64,000 nucleotides of DNA, taken from positions 7,019-71,018 of the forward strand of contig JBQCGH010000120.1 of NCBI GenBank assembly GCA_051955835.1, written 5' to 3'. Made by a program: the position numbers and the translations under genes. The notes beneath the pieces are model-generated. The model made no database searches. It saw nothing but the letters and a program-made list of their open reading frames with translations, and was not told the origin of the DNA. This document shows, piece by piece, positions 1 to 7,773 of this stretch. This stretch comes from Gemmatimonadales bacterium. Lineage in GTDB: Bacteria > Gemmatimonadota > Gemmatimonadetes > Gemmatimonadales > GWC2-71-9. Position 1 is the stretch's first letter. Each line of letters opens with the position of its first letter.

Positions 1-450
1 CGGCGGGTGAGCGGGGGCGCGCTCGCGCGAAAGGTGCTCGCAACCGGACCGTTCGATGCGTGGTCGGGCCGGATCGTGACCGACGGCGCCGCGCTGGTCG
101 GTGACGCCGCCGACTTCTTCGATCCGTTCACTGGCGAGGGGATCTACAGCGCGCTCCGGGGCGCGGAGCTGCTCGCCGAGTCGGCGGGCGCAGCGCTGGC
201 GGACGGCGAGCCCGCGACGGCGGCCCGGCTCGCGGGCTACCGGCGCACGCGCCGGCGCGCGTTCGCCGGCAAGTGGGCGATCGAGCGGATCATCGGCTAC
301 GCAATGCTGTGTCCGCCGCTCTTCGACCGTGCGGTGGCCCGCATCGGGCGCCGGCCCGGGATGGCGGACACGCTGATCGGCGTCACCGGCGACCTCCTGC
401 CCGCGCGCCGGGTGCTCAACCCGCTCTACTTCGCGAGGATGCTGCTCTGA
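1..450 (+). CDS. FAD-dependent oxidoreductase, geranylgeranyl-reductase-like, C-terminal fragment (5' end outside window)
   Basis: The frame is open to the window edge. 'VGDAADFFDPFTGEGIYSALRGAELLAE' matches the second FAD-contact motif (GD..D.F.GEGI) of GG-reductase-type flavoproteins. Confidence 0.6.
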   Translation, partial: RRVSGGALARKVLATGPFDAWSGRIVTDGAALVGDAADFFDPFTGEGIYSALRGAELLAESAGAALADGEPATAARLAGYRRTRRRAFAGKWAIERIIGYAMLCPPLFDRAVARIGRRPGMADTLIGVTGDLLPARRVLNPLYFARMLL

Positions 451-461
451 GCCAGACCGCC

Positions 462-929
462 GTGGACTCCGCCCGCTTTCGCGAGCTGCTCGGCCGGTTC
501 GCCACCGGGGTCACCGTGCTCACGGTGCGCGACCCCAAGGGCCGGCCCGCGGGGATGACCGCGAGCAGCCTCGCGTCGGTGTCGCTCGAGCCGCCCCTGG
601 TCTCGGTGTGCGTGGAGCACACGGCCGACATGCACGACCTCATCGTCGCCGCGCCGGACTTCGTGGTGAACATCCTCGAGAGCCGGCAGGAGGAGCTGTC
701 GCGCCGGTTCGCCGACCCGCACGACGACCGCTTCGCCGGCGTGGGCTACCACTTCGGCCCCGAGGGCCAGGTCCGGCTCGACGGCGCGCTGGCGCACATC
801 GACTGCGCGCGGTTCGCGACCTATCCCGGCGGCGACCACACGATCATCATCGGGCGGGTGATCGGCGGCGGGGCGAACGACGGACACCCGCTGCTCTACT
901 ATCGCGGCGGCTACGCCGCGCTGTCGTGA
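462..929 (+). CDS. flavin reductase family protein (FMN-binding split barrel)
   Basis: 'FRELLGRFATGVTVLTV...GMTASSLASVSLEPPLVSVCV...YYRGGY' is typical of the HpaC/NADH:flavin reductase family. The GTG at 462 lies just after the upstream stop. The long 273 start overlaps the previous gene. Confidence 0.75.
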   Translation: MDSARFRELLGRFATGVTVLTVRDPKGRPAGMTASSLASVSLEPPLVSVCVEHTADMHDLIVAAPDFVVNILESRQEELSRRFADPHDDRFAGVGYHFGPEGQVRLDGALAHIDCARFATYPGGDHTIIIGRVIGGGANDGHPLLYYRGGYAALS

Positions 930-1633
930 TGGCGATCGAGCCGCTGGCGCCGAGCCCGCGGGGCGTCGAGCTGCTGGACGACCCGGCCGCCGATCCGGCG
1001 GCCGTGGCCGAGTCGCTCCGGAACATCGCGCGGGCGAACCGGTGGTTCGGCGGCACCGCGGTGGTGCTTCACGGCCTCCGGCGCGCGCTCGCCGGCACGC
1101 GGCGCGGGAGCCGGGTCACGATCGCCGACCTCGGCACGGGCCTGGGCGACCTGCCGCACGCGGCCGCGCGCTGGGCGCGGCGGCACGGCTTCCAGCTGGA
1201 GCCCGTCGCGCTCGAGCGGAGCCCGGTGGCGGCGCGGCTCGCACGCCGCGGCGGGGTACCGTGCGCGGTGGGCTGCGCGGGCGCGCCGCCTTTCCGCGAC
1301 AAATCTGTGGACATCGTGCTGGTGAGCCAGGTGGCGCACCATCTGGCGCACGAGTCGGCGGTGCGGCTGTTCCAGACCTGCGACCGCCTCGCCCGGCACG
1401 CGGTGGTGGTGGCCGATCTCCGCCGTGGCCGCCTCGGCCCGGCGGCGTTCTGGCTCGGCGCCAAGGGGCTCGGGTTCGACCAGAACACGGTGGCCGACGG
1501 GATGACCTCGCTCCGCCGCGGGTACACGACGGCGGAGCTGCGGGCGCTCGTGGCCCGCGCGGGCGTGCGCGCGACGGTGGAGCGGCGGCCGGGGTGGAGG
1601 TTGGTCGCGGTGTGGAGAACGGGGGACGCGTGA
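929..1633 (+). CDS. class I SAM-dependent methyltransferase
   Basis: The ATG overlaps the upstream TGA by one base (927-931, TGATG). Contains the 'IADLGTGLGDL' SAM-binding motif I and the downstream 'DIVLVSQVAHHL'. Confidence 0.75.
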   Translation: MAIEPLAPSPRGVELLDDPAADPAAVAESLRNIARANRWFGGTAVVLHGLRRALAGTRRGSRVTIADLGTGLGDLPHAAARWARRHGFQLEPVALERSPVAARLARRGGVPCAVGCAGAPPFRDKSVDIVLVSQVAHHLAHESAVRLFQTCDRLARHAVVVADLRRGRLGPAAFWLGAKGLGFDQNTVADGMTSLRRGYTTAELRALVARAGVRATVERRPGWRLVAVWRTGDA

Positions 1634-1706
1634 GGAAGGCGGCCAGGCGAGCGGGCGAGCGGGCGGTCAGGTGGGCGCTCAGGCGGTCGGGCGGTCGGGG
1701 GCGCCG
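1634..1706. repeat. short member of a GC-rich 'GGCGAGC(A/G)GGCGAGC' intergenic repeat family
   Basis: It starts 1 nt after the methyltransferase stop. By eye, 'caggcgagcgggcgagcgggcggtcaggtgggcgctcaggcgg' aligns with the reverse complement of 7700-7760. Confidence 0.45.
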
Positions 1707-2165
1707 GTGAAGACCATCGATCGTATTGCGATGCGCGCGCCGGTCGCACGGGTGCTGGACGCGGCCGTAAGCGTGGAACGGTGGCCCGAGTGGCTGCCGC
1801 ACTACCGGTGGGTGCGGCGGCTCCGGCGGGACGGCGACGGCGGGCTGGTCGAGATGGCGGCCTGGCGACCGTTCGGGCCGGTGAAGTATCCCACGTGGTG
1901 GGTGTCGGAGATGTGGGTGGATCGGACGGCGCCCGCGGTCCATTACCGCCACGTGCGTGGGATCACGACGGGCATGGACGTGGTCTGGCAGATATCGTCG
2001 GCGGGTGACCAGACCGAGGTGACGATCGTGCACGACTGGACCGGGCCACGCTGGCCGCTCATCGGCGCCCCCGCGGCGTCGTGGGTCATTGGTCCGGTCT
2101 TTATCCATGGCATCGCATCGCGGACGCTGGCGGGCATCCGGCGGGCGGTAGAGAGGGCGACATGA
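1707..2165 (+). CDS. SRPBCC family protein (polyketide cyclase/dehydrase-like)
   Basis: 'VERWPEWLPHYRWV' and the size and profile are typical of the SRPBCC/START fold. GTG start at 1707. The stop overlaps the next ATG (ATGA at 2162-2165). Confidence 0.65.
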   Translation: MKTIDRIAMRAPVARVLDAAVSVERWPEWLPHYRWVRRLRRDGDGGLVEMAAWRPFGPVKYPTWWVSEMWVDRTAPAVHYRHVRGITTGMDVVWQISSAGDQTEVTIVHDWTGPRWPLIGAPAASWVIGPVFIHGIASRTLAGIRRAVERAT

Positions 2166-3409
2166 GCGGGGCGCGTCGGGTGGTGGTCACGGGCATCGGG
2201 GCAATCACACCCATCGGGCTGGGGGTGGAGGGGCTGTGGACGGGCCTCCGCCGGCGGACCTCCGCGGTCCGCTGTATCACGCGATTCGATCCGACGGTGT
2301 TCAAGTCGCGCATTGCCGGCGAGGTCGTGGACTTCGTGCCGACCGACCACATCGAGGAGCGGCGGGCCAGGCGGCTGGATCGCTACTCGCAGTTCACCAT
2401 CGCCGCGACCCGCATGGCCCTCGCCGACGCGGCGCTCGACCTCGCCCGCGAGGACCCCGACCGGGTGGGCGCGATGATGGGCACCGCGCTCGGCGGCGTC
2501 GCGCACGGCGAGAAGAACTACCACGCGTTCCTTACGGAGGGACCGCGGTCGGTGGATCCGGCGCTCGCGCTCACGGTGTTCGCCGGGGCGGCGAGCTGCA
2601 ACATCGCGATCGAGTTCGGCTGCACCGGCCCCAACTCGACCAACGGGATGAGCTGCGCGTCGGGCGCCATCGCCATCGGCGATGGGTTTCGCGCGATCGT
2701 CCGCGGCGACGCCGACGTCATGCTCGCGGGCGGCGCGGAGGCGCCGCTCGCCCCGCTCTGCTTCGGTGCCTTCGCGATCATCCGCGCGATGTCCACCCGG
2801 AACGAGGACCCGGCGCACGCCAGCCGGCCGTTCGACGCGGGCCGCGACGGGTTCGTGATGGCCGAGGGCGCGGCGGTGCTGGTGCTGGAGGAGCGCGGGC
2901 GGGCGATCGCGCGCGGCGCGCCCATCTACGCGGAGATCTGCGGGTTCGGGCTGACCAACGACGCGCACCACATGACGGCGCCCCGGCCCGACGGGCGGCA
3001 GGCCGCCCGCGCGATGCGGAACGCGCTGGCGGAGGCCCACGTTGCGCCGGGCGAGGTCGGCTACATCAACGCGCACGGCTCGTCCACGCCGCTCAACGAC
3101 CCCACGGAGACCTCCTCCATCAAGCAGGTGTTCGGCGAGTCGGCCTACCGGGTGCCGCTCAGCGGGACCAAGGGGTACTACGGCCACGCGCTCGGCGCGA
3201 GCGGCGCGATCGAGGCGGCCATCTGCTCGCTGGCCTCGCGGCGCGGCTGGCTGCCGCCGACGGTCAACCTCGAGACGCCCGATCCGGCCTGCGACCTGCC
3301 CCAGGTGGTGGGCGACGGCCAGGACCTCGCGCCCGAGGTGCTGCTCAGCAACTCGTTCGGCTTCGGGGGGATCAATGCGGCGCTGGTGTTTCGACGGGCG
3401 GACACCTAG
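2162..3409 (+). CDS. beta-ketoacyl-ACP synthase II (FabF-like KAS)
   Basis: 'RRVVVTGIGAITPIG', active-site Cys in 'GMSCASGAIA', His residues in 'DAHHMTAP' and 'NAHGSSTP', and C-terminal 'NSFGFGGINAALVF'. Confidence 0.9.
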   Translation: MSGARRVVVTGIGAITPIGLGVEGLWTGLRRRTSAVRCITRFDPTVFKSRIAGEVVDFVPTDHIEERRARRLDRYSQFTIAATRMALADAALDLAREDPDRVGAMMGTALGGVAHGEKNYHAFLTEGPRSVDPALALTVFAGAASCNIAIEFGCTGPNSTNGMSCASGAIAIGDGFRAIVRGDADVMLAGGAEAPLAPLCFGAFAIIRAMSTRNEDPAHASRPFDAGRDGFVMAEGAAVLVLEERGRAIARGAPIYAEICGFGLTNDAHHMTAPRPDGRQAARAMRNALAEAHVAPGEVGYINAHGSSTPLNDPTETSSIKQVFGESAYRVPLSGTKGYYGHALGASGAIEAAICSLASRRGWLPPTVNLETPDPACDLPQVVGDGQDLAPEVLLSNSFGFGGINAALVFRRADT

Positions 3410-3456
3410 ATTCGCGCCCGTCCACACCCCGCCCCACCCGATAACGAGGATGGCTG

Positions 3457-4146
3457 ATGAGCTCGCTGCTCCGACGCTCGATCGCGGAGTTGGTCGGTAC
3501 GTTCGCGCTGGTCTTCATCGGCGTCGGCTCCGTCGCCGCCAAGTACTATCCGGACGCCAACTACGGGCTGTACGGGATCGCCACGGCGCACGCCATCGTG
3601 CTCGCCGTGATGATCACAGCGACGATGGCCATCTCGGGCGGGCACCTCAACCCGGCCGTGACGGTGGGCCTTCTGGTGGCGCGACGGACCACCGCCCGGA
3701 CGGCGGGCGCCTACATCGTGGCGCAGCTCCTCGGCGGCGTGCTCGGCGCGCTCCTCATCAAGCTGATCTTTCCGGTGGGCGTGACCCGGCCGATCTCGCT
3801 CGGCACCCCGACGCTCGCCAACAACGTGCAGATCGGGCAGGCGATCGCGCTCGAGACGGTGCTGACGTTCTTCCTGGTGTCGGCGGTGTTCGGGACGTGC
3901 GTGAACGCAGAGGCTCCGAAGGTCGGTGGCTTCGCGGTCGGGCTGGTGCTGTGGTTCGACATCCTGGTGGGCGGGCCGCTCACGGGCGCGGCCATGAATC
4001 CGGCGCGCGCGTTCGGGCCGGCGCTGGTGGCGGGGCAGTGGGTGGCGCACATCGTGTACTGGGTTGGGCCTTTGCTGGGCGGGATCATCGCGGCGCTGCT
4101 GTGGGAGTACGTGCTGCTGCCGCCACGCGTGAGGTCGGCAGCGTAG
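3457..4146 (+). CDS. aqpZ: aquaporin (MIP family, AqpZ-like)
   Basis: Two NPA boxes ('GGHLNPAVT', 'GAAMNPARAFGP') and six hydrophobic segments. Confidence 0.9.
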   Translation: MSSLLRRSIAELVGTFALVFIGVGSVAAKYYPDANYGLYGIATAHAIVLAVMITATMAISGGHLNPAVTVGLLVARRTTARTAGAYIVAQLLGGVLGALLIKLIFPVGVTRPISLGTPTLANNVQIGQAIALETVLTFFLVSAVFGTCVNAEAPKVGGFAVGLVLWFDILVGGPLTGAAMNPARAFGPALVAGQWVAHIVYWVGPLLGGIIAALLWEYVLLPPRVRSAA

Positions 4147-4310
4147 CTACTTAGATCGGAGCACGGTGCGAGCGCCCGACCATCGGTGAGGAGTGACGCG
4201 CACTTCCCTGTCGCGCGGGGCTGGTCTTCTTTCTTTTGATCACGATGCTTGCGCTGGAGTCAGTGTGTGACGCCGAGATTGGCGCCGCTTCGCTGACACC
4301 AACCGTTCGT

Positions 4311-4448
4311 TTACTTCCCGCCATTGTTGCCCAGCGCCCGCCGGACCCTTCCGAGCAGCGTCAGCAGGTAGCCCACCAGGATCACCGGCGCGACGATGTA
4401 GGCCGCGACCATGTAGCCGCTGTTCTGGGGCGGCTCAACGGGCAGCAT
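4311..4448 (-). CDS. ccmD: heme exporter protein CcmD (45 aa, below ORF-track cutoff)
   Basis: Manual translation gives MLPVEPPQNSGYMVAAYIVAPVILVGYLLTLLGRVRRALGNNGGK. It has a single TM helix followed by a basic tail. The ATG overlaps the ccmC 3' end by 14 nt, which is the canonical position after ccmC. Confidence 0.6.
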   Translation of the reverse strand: MLPVEPPQNSGYMVAAYIVAPVILVGYLLTLLGRVRRALGNNGGK

Positions 4449-5049
4449 CGGCGGCCTCGTCGCGTGCTTCCTCGGCCAGGGCCAGGCCGTAGCGGAGCGT
4501 CACGAGTCCTACGTAGAGGACGGTGAAGACCAGCATGGAGATCAGCAGGGTGCGGAGCATCTCGGGCGGCAGGGAGGGCGCGCTCGGCTTGAGGACGATC
4601 GGCTGCGGGTGCAGGGTGCGGAACAGATAGACGCTCAGGTGGATGAACGGCACCAGCAGCATGCCGAGGATGCCGACCACTGCGCTGAAGCGGGCGCGCT
4701 CCTGCGGGTCCTGGACCGAGGCGCGGAGCGCGAGATAGCCGATGAAAAGGAAGAACAGGAACAGCGTGAGGGTGAGCCGCGCGTCCCAGGTCCACCACGT
4801 GCCCCAGATGGGCCTGGCCCAGATCGGGCCGGTGGTGAGCATGACCGCGCTGAACGCGACGCCCACTTCCGCCGACGCGGCCGCGAAGCGGTCGAGCCGG
4901 GGGTCCTGCAGCCAGAGATAGAGCACGCTGGTGATGCCCACCAGCGAGAACGCCATGAGCGCGCACCACGCGGCCGGCACGTGGAGATAGAAGATCTTCT
5001 GCGCCACGCCCTGCCGAGCCTCGACCGGCGTGTAGCGCAGTGCCAGCAC
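4435..5049 (-). CDS. ccmC: heme exporter protein CcmC (main ORF; the N-terminal TM1 lies upstream behind an in-frame TAA, see findings)
   Basis: 'FYLHVPAAW' and the tryptophan-rich 'WGTWWTWDARL' WWD motif. Confidence 0.85.
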   Translation of the reverse strand: MLALRYTPVEARQGVAQKIFYLHVPAAWCALMAFSLVGITSVLYLWLQDPRLDRFAAASAEVGVAFSAVMLTTGPIWARPIWGTWWTWDARLTLTLFLFFLFIGYLALRASVQDPQERARFSAVVGILGMLLVPFIHLSVYLFRTLHPQPIVLKPSAPSLPPEMLRTLLISMLVFTVLYVGLVTLRYGLALAEEARDEAADAAR

Positions 5050-5132
5050 TTACACCCCGATGAGCGCCACCAGGGCCGTCACGCTGATCCGGAGCCCGCG
5101 CCGGGTCAGCGCCCGCGCCGCCTCGGTCGGCG

Positions 5133-5825
5133 TCATTCGTCCACCACGGCCGCGAACGCCATCGTGCAGAGGGTCACGAACACCACGTCGTAAAGGGCCA
5201 AGAGTCTAAGCCATCCCAGCATCTCGCTCAACGGACGGCCGGCGAGGAGCCGTGCCGTCACCTGCACCGCGCCGATAATCGGCGGCACCATGAAGGGCAG
5301 CAGCAGCACCGGCAGCATCAGCTCGGCGAACCGGGTGCGCACGGCCATGGCGCTGAAGATGGTGCCCACCGACACGAAGCCTATCGTCGCCAGCGCCGTG
5401 ACGCCCACAATGCCGGGCAGGGCGGCGGTCAGGTCCACGTTGAAGAAGAGTACAAAGAGCGGCAGCGTCACGGCCTCCACGATCCCGACGAAGGCCAGGT
5501 TCGCCAGCAGCTTGCCCAGAAACAGTGCGCCACGCGGCACCGGTGCGAGCAGGAGCCCGTCGAGCGCCCCGTGCTCGCGCTCGACGGTGAACGCGCGGTT
5601 GAGCGCGACCATCGCCGCGAGCGCGAAGGTCACCCACAGCACGCTGGGGGCGAGATCGGCCGCGGCGATGGCCGTGGGATCGCGCGCGAAGTTGAAGACC
5701 ACCAGCACCAGCGCGGCGAACACCACCGCGGACAACAGCGCGGTCCGGCTCCGGAGCTCGGCCCGGATGTCCTTGCCCGCGACGGCGAGCGCGAGCCGGA
5801 GGCTCTCAGGCACCGATCCACTCAC
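5133..5825 (-). CDS. ccmB: heme exporter permease CcmB
   Basis: Six-TM ABC-2-like profile with 'FTVEREHGALDGLLLAP'. The GTG at 5825 (alternative 5813) overlaps the ccmA stop. Confidence 0.8.
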   Translation of the reverse strand: MSGSVPESLRLALAVAGKDIRAELRSRTALLSAVVFAALVLVVFNFARDPTAIAAADLAPSVLWVTFALAAMVALNRAFTVEREHGALDGLLLAPVPRGALFLGKLLANLAFVGIVEAVTLPLFVLFFNVDLTAALPGIVGVTALATIGFVSVGTIFSAMAVRTRFAELMLPVLLLPFMVPPIIGAVQVTARLLAGRPLSEMLGWLRLLALYDVVFVTLCTMAFAAVVDE

Positions 5826-6522
5826 GGTAGCGGGGAAGGAACGCCTCGAGCGATCCGGCCCGCGCCTCCTCGGCGGCCCAGCGCCCATCGACCATGACCG
5901 CCACCCGGGTGGCAACGTCCCACACCTCGCCCAGATGATGGGTGACCACCAGAACGCCGAGCCCCTCGTTCCGGCGCTCGGCGAGCGTGGCGCGGAGCTG
6001 CTGCGCCGCGGCCGCGTCGAGCGCAGTGAACGGCTCGTCGAGCAGCAGCACGCGGGGCCCGTGCAGCAGCGCGCGGGCGATCGCCGCCCGCTGCAGCAGG
6101 CCGCGGCTCAGACGTCGGGGCTGGTGGTCCGCGCGATCGCCCAGGCCCGCGGCGGCGAGGGCGGCGCGCGCCGCCTCGGCTGGACGCGGCAGGCCATAGA
6201 GCCGGGCGGCGAAGGCGAGGTTCTCGGCCAGCGTCAGGTCGTCGTACAGCAGGCTCTGATGCGACAGGAGCCCGATGGTGCGGCGCGCCTCGGGATTGCC
6301 CGCAAGGCGGCGGCCTTCGATGCGCACCTCGCCGGCCGACGGACGGCTGAGTCCGGCCAGCACGCGGAGCAGCGTGCTCTTCCCCGCCCCATTGGGGCCG
6401 GCCACCGCGAGCAGGTCGCCGGCGGCGAGGGTCAGGTCGACGTCGCGCAACACCCTGAGCCGGCCGAACGACCGACGCAGACCTCGGGCGGCGAGCAGCG
6501 GCTCGCCGTCACGAGATGGCAT
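5806..6522 (-). CDS. ccmA: heme ABC exporter ATP-binding protein CcmA
   Basis: Walker A 'GPNGAGKST', signature 'LSRGLLQR', Walker B 'LLLDEP'. Followed by ccmB, ccmC and ccmD. Confidence 0.85.
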   Translation of the reverse strand: MPSRDGEPLLAARGLRRSFGRLRVLRDVDLTLAAGDLLAVAGPNGAGKSTLLRVLAGLSRPSAGEVRIEGRRLAGNPEARRTIGLLSHQSLLYDDLTLAENLAFAARLYGLPRPAEAARAALAAAGLGDRADHQPRRLSRGLLQRAAIARALLHGPRVLLLDEPFTALDAAAAQQLRATLAERRNEGLGVLVVTHHLGEVWDVATRVAVMVDGRWAAEEARAGSLEAFLPRYREWIGA

Positions 6523-6877
6523 CGATGCGTGCGCCGAGCTCGTCGAGGCGGAACGGTTTGACGATGTAGCCGGAGTGGGGGAGGTTGAGCACCTTGAGCT
6601 GGGGTTCGATGCTCATGTAGGCGGTAGTGATGAGGACCGGCAGGTCGGGCAGCGTGAGGCGGATGCGGCGGAGCAGCTCGACCCCGTCGGTGTCGGGCAG
6701 GCGCATGTCGAGCACGGCGACATCGAACCGGTGCTGCTCGAGCTGCTCCAGCGCCTCTTCCCCGGTCGAGGCGAAGGCCAGGTCGTAACGGGGCTGAAAC
6801 GCCCGCTGGTAGCTGAGTCGCAACGCAGGCTCGTCCTCGACGATCAGGACGCGTCGGCGGCGCTGTGCCTGCGTCAT
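6509..6877 (-). CDS. single-domain response regulator (REC only)
   Basis: 'VLIVEDEP...DVAVLDMRLPDTDG...YIVKPF'. The stop overlaps the ccmA start by 14 nt. Confidence 0.85.
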   Translation of the reverse strand: MTQAQRRRRVLIVEDEPALRLSYQRAFQPRYDLAFASTGEEALEQLEQHRFDVAVLDMRLPDTDGVELLRRIRLTLPDLPVLITTAYMSIEPQLKVLNLPHSGYIVKPFRLDELGARIDAIS

Positions 6878-7002
6878 TGCCTGGAACTCCGCGAGCCGGT
6901 GCCTTGGCGAACCCGATGTGAGAGTGGCCAGCGGCGTACACTAATCGGTTGCGGAGAGGCCGTCCATAGCACAGGCGCCCCGCCACGCGGCGGGGCGCTC
7001 GC

Positions 7003-7317
7003 TCAATCGTAACTGCTCTCGACGATGAAGAGGTCGTACAGCTTGGTGATCGTGAGGAGGAAGCGGATCTCCTCGCTCGGATTGCGCAGCACGACCGGCT
7101 GACGGCGCTCGGCGGCGAGGCGCTGGATCAGCATGAGCGCGCCGAGGCCCGCGGAGTCGACTTCCTTGGTGTGCGTGAGGTCGATGACCAGGCGACCGGC
7201 GCCTTCGGGCATCGCGTCGAGCAGTTGCTCCGCCGCCTGGCGGATCGCCACACGTGTCTCCAGGCCGAGCGTTTCGGGCGCGGCCAACCCACGTTCCAGC
7301 TCCTGCGGGGTCCTCAT
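7003..7317 (-). CDS. STAS domain protein (anti-sigma-factor antagonist-like)
   Basis: 'LVIDLTHTKEVDSAGLGALMLIQR' matches the SpoIIAA/STAS pattern. About 100 aa. Confidence 0.75.
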   Translation of the reverse strand: MRTPQELERGLAAPETLGLETRVAIRQAAEQLLDAMPEGAGRLVIDLTHTKEVDSAGLGALMLIQRLAAERRQPVVLRNPSEEIRFLLTITKLYDLFIVESSYD

Positions 7318-7570
7318 CGATACTCCTTCGGCACCGAGCTATCTCACCATCGATCGGTGAGACCTCTAGTTTTGCGGCCCCGGATCACTCCGGGTGTGCT
7401 CTTATCGGGCGGATCGACGCCTTGCCGCAGGTTCGTATGCGGCTGCGCCCCCGAGAAAGGCCAGACTGGTGCCAGCGGCGGCAACGCTATGTAAATCGGT
7501 GACTTACAGAGGGGATACGAGCGCCTGATGCGACTGCTTGCGCAGCACTCCGCGGCATTCTACCGCAAAA

Positions 7571-7772
7571 GAGGCGGGGGCGTAAGAGGCGGGCGGGCGA
7601 GCAGGCGAGCAGGGCGAGAACAACCGTTGCAGAGAAAAGGAGGCCGGAGAATCAGCACGGAGGACACGGAGGGATGCAGCGCATTCGAGTACCGCGCCGG
7701 TCCCCGCCTCGCGCCGTCCGAGCGCCTGACCGTCCACCTGCTCGCCTGCTCGCCCGCCCGGCTGTCCGCCTG
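7571..7772. repeat. ~200-nt intergenic element bounded by a perfect 23-bp inverted repeat (MITE/REP-like)
   Basis: 7591-7613 'gggcgggcgagcaggcgagcagg' is the exact reverse complement of 7737-7759. The element ends 1 nt before the kup stop codon. It contains no credible ORF. Confidence 0.7.
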
Positions 7773-7773
7773 T

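Noticed and set aside
5050-5052. Reassignment or programmed read-through of TAA as the explanation for the ccmC in-frame stop.
   Set aside because: TAA is used as an ordinary terminator by several other well-supported genes in the window (ccmD, the M16 peptidase, VKOR, pqqA). I noticed no obvious read-through context.
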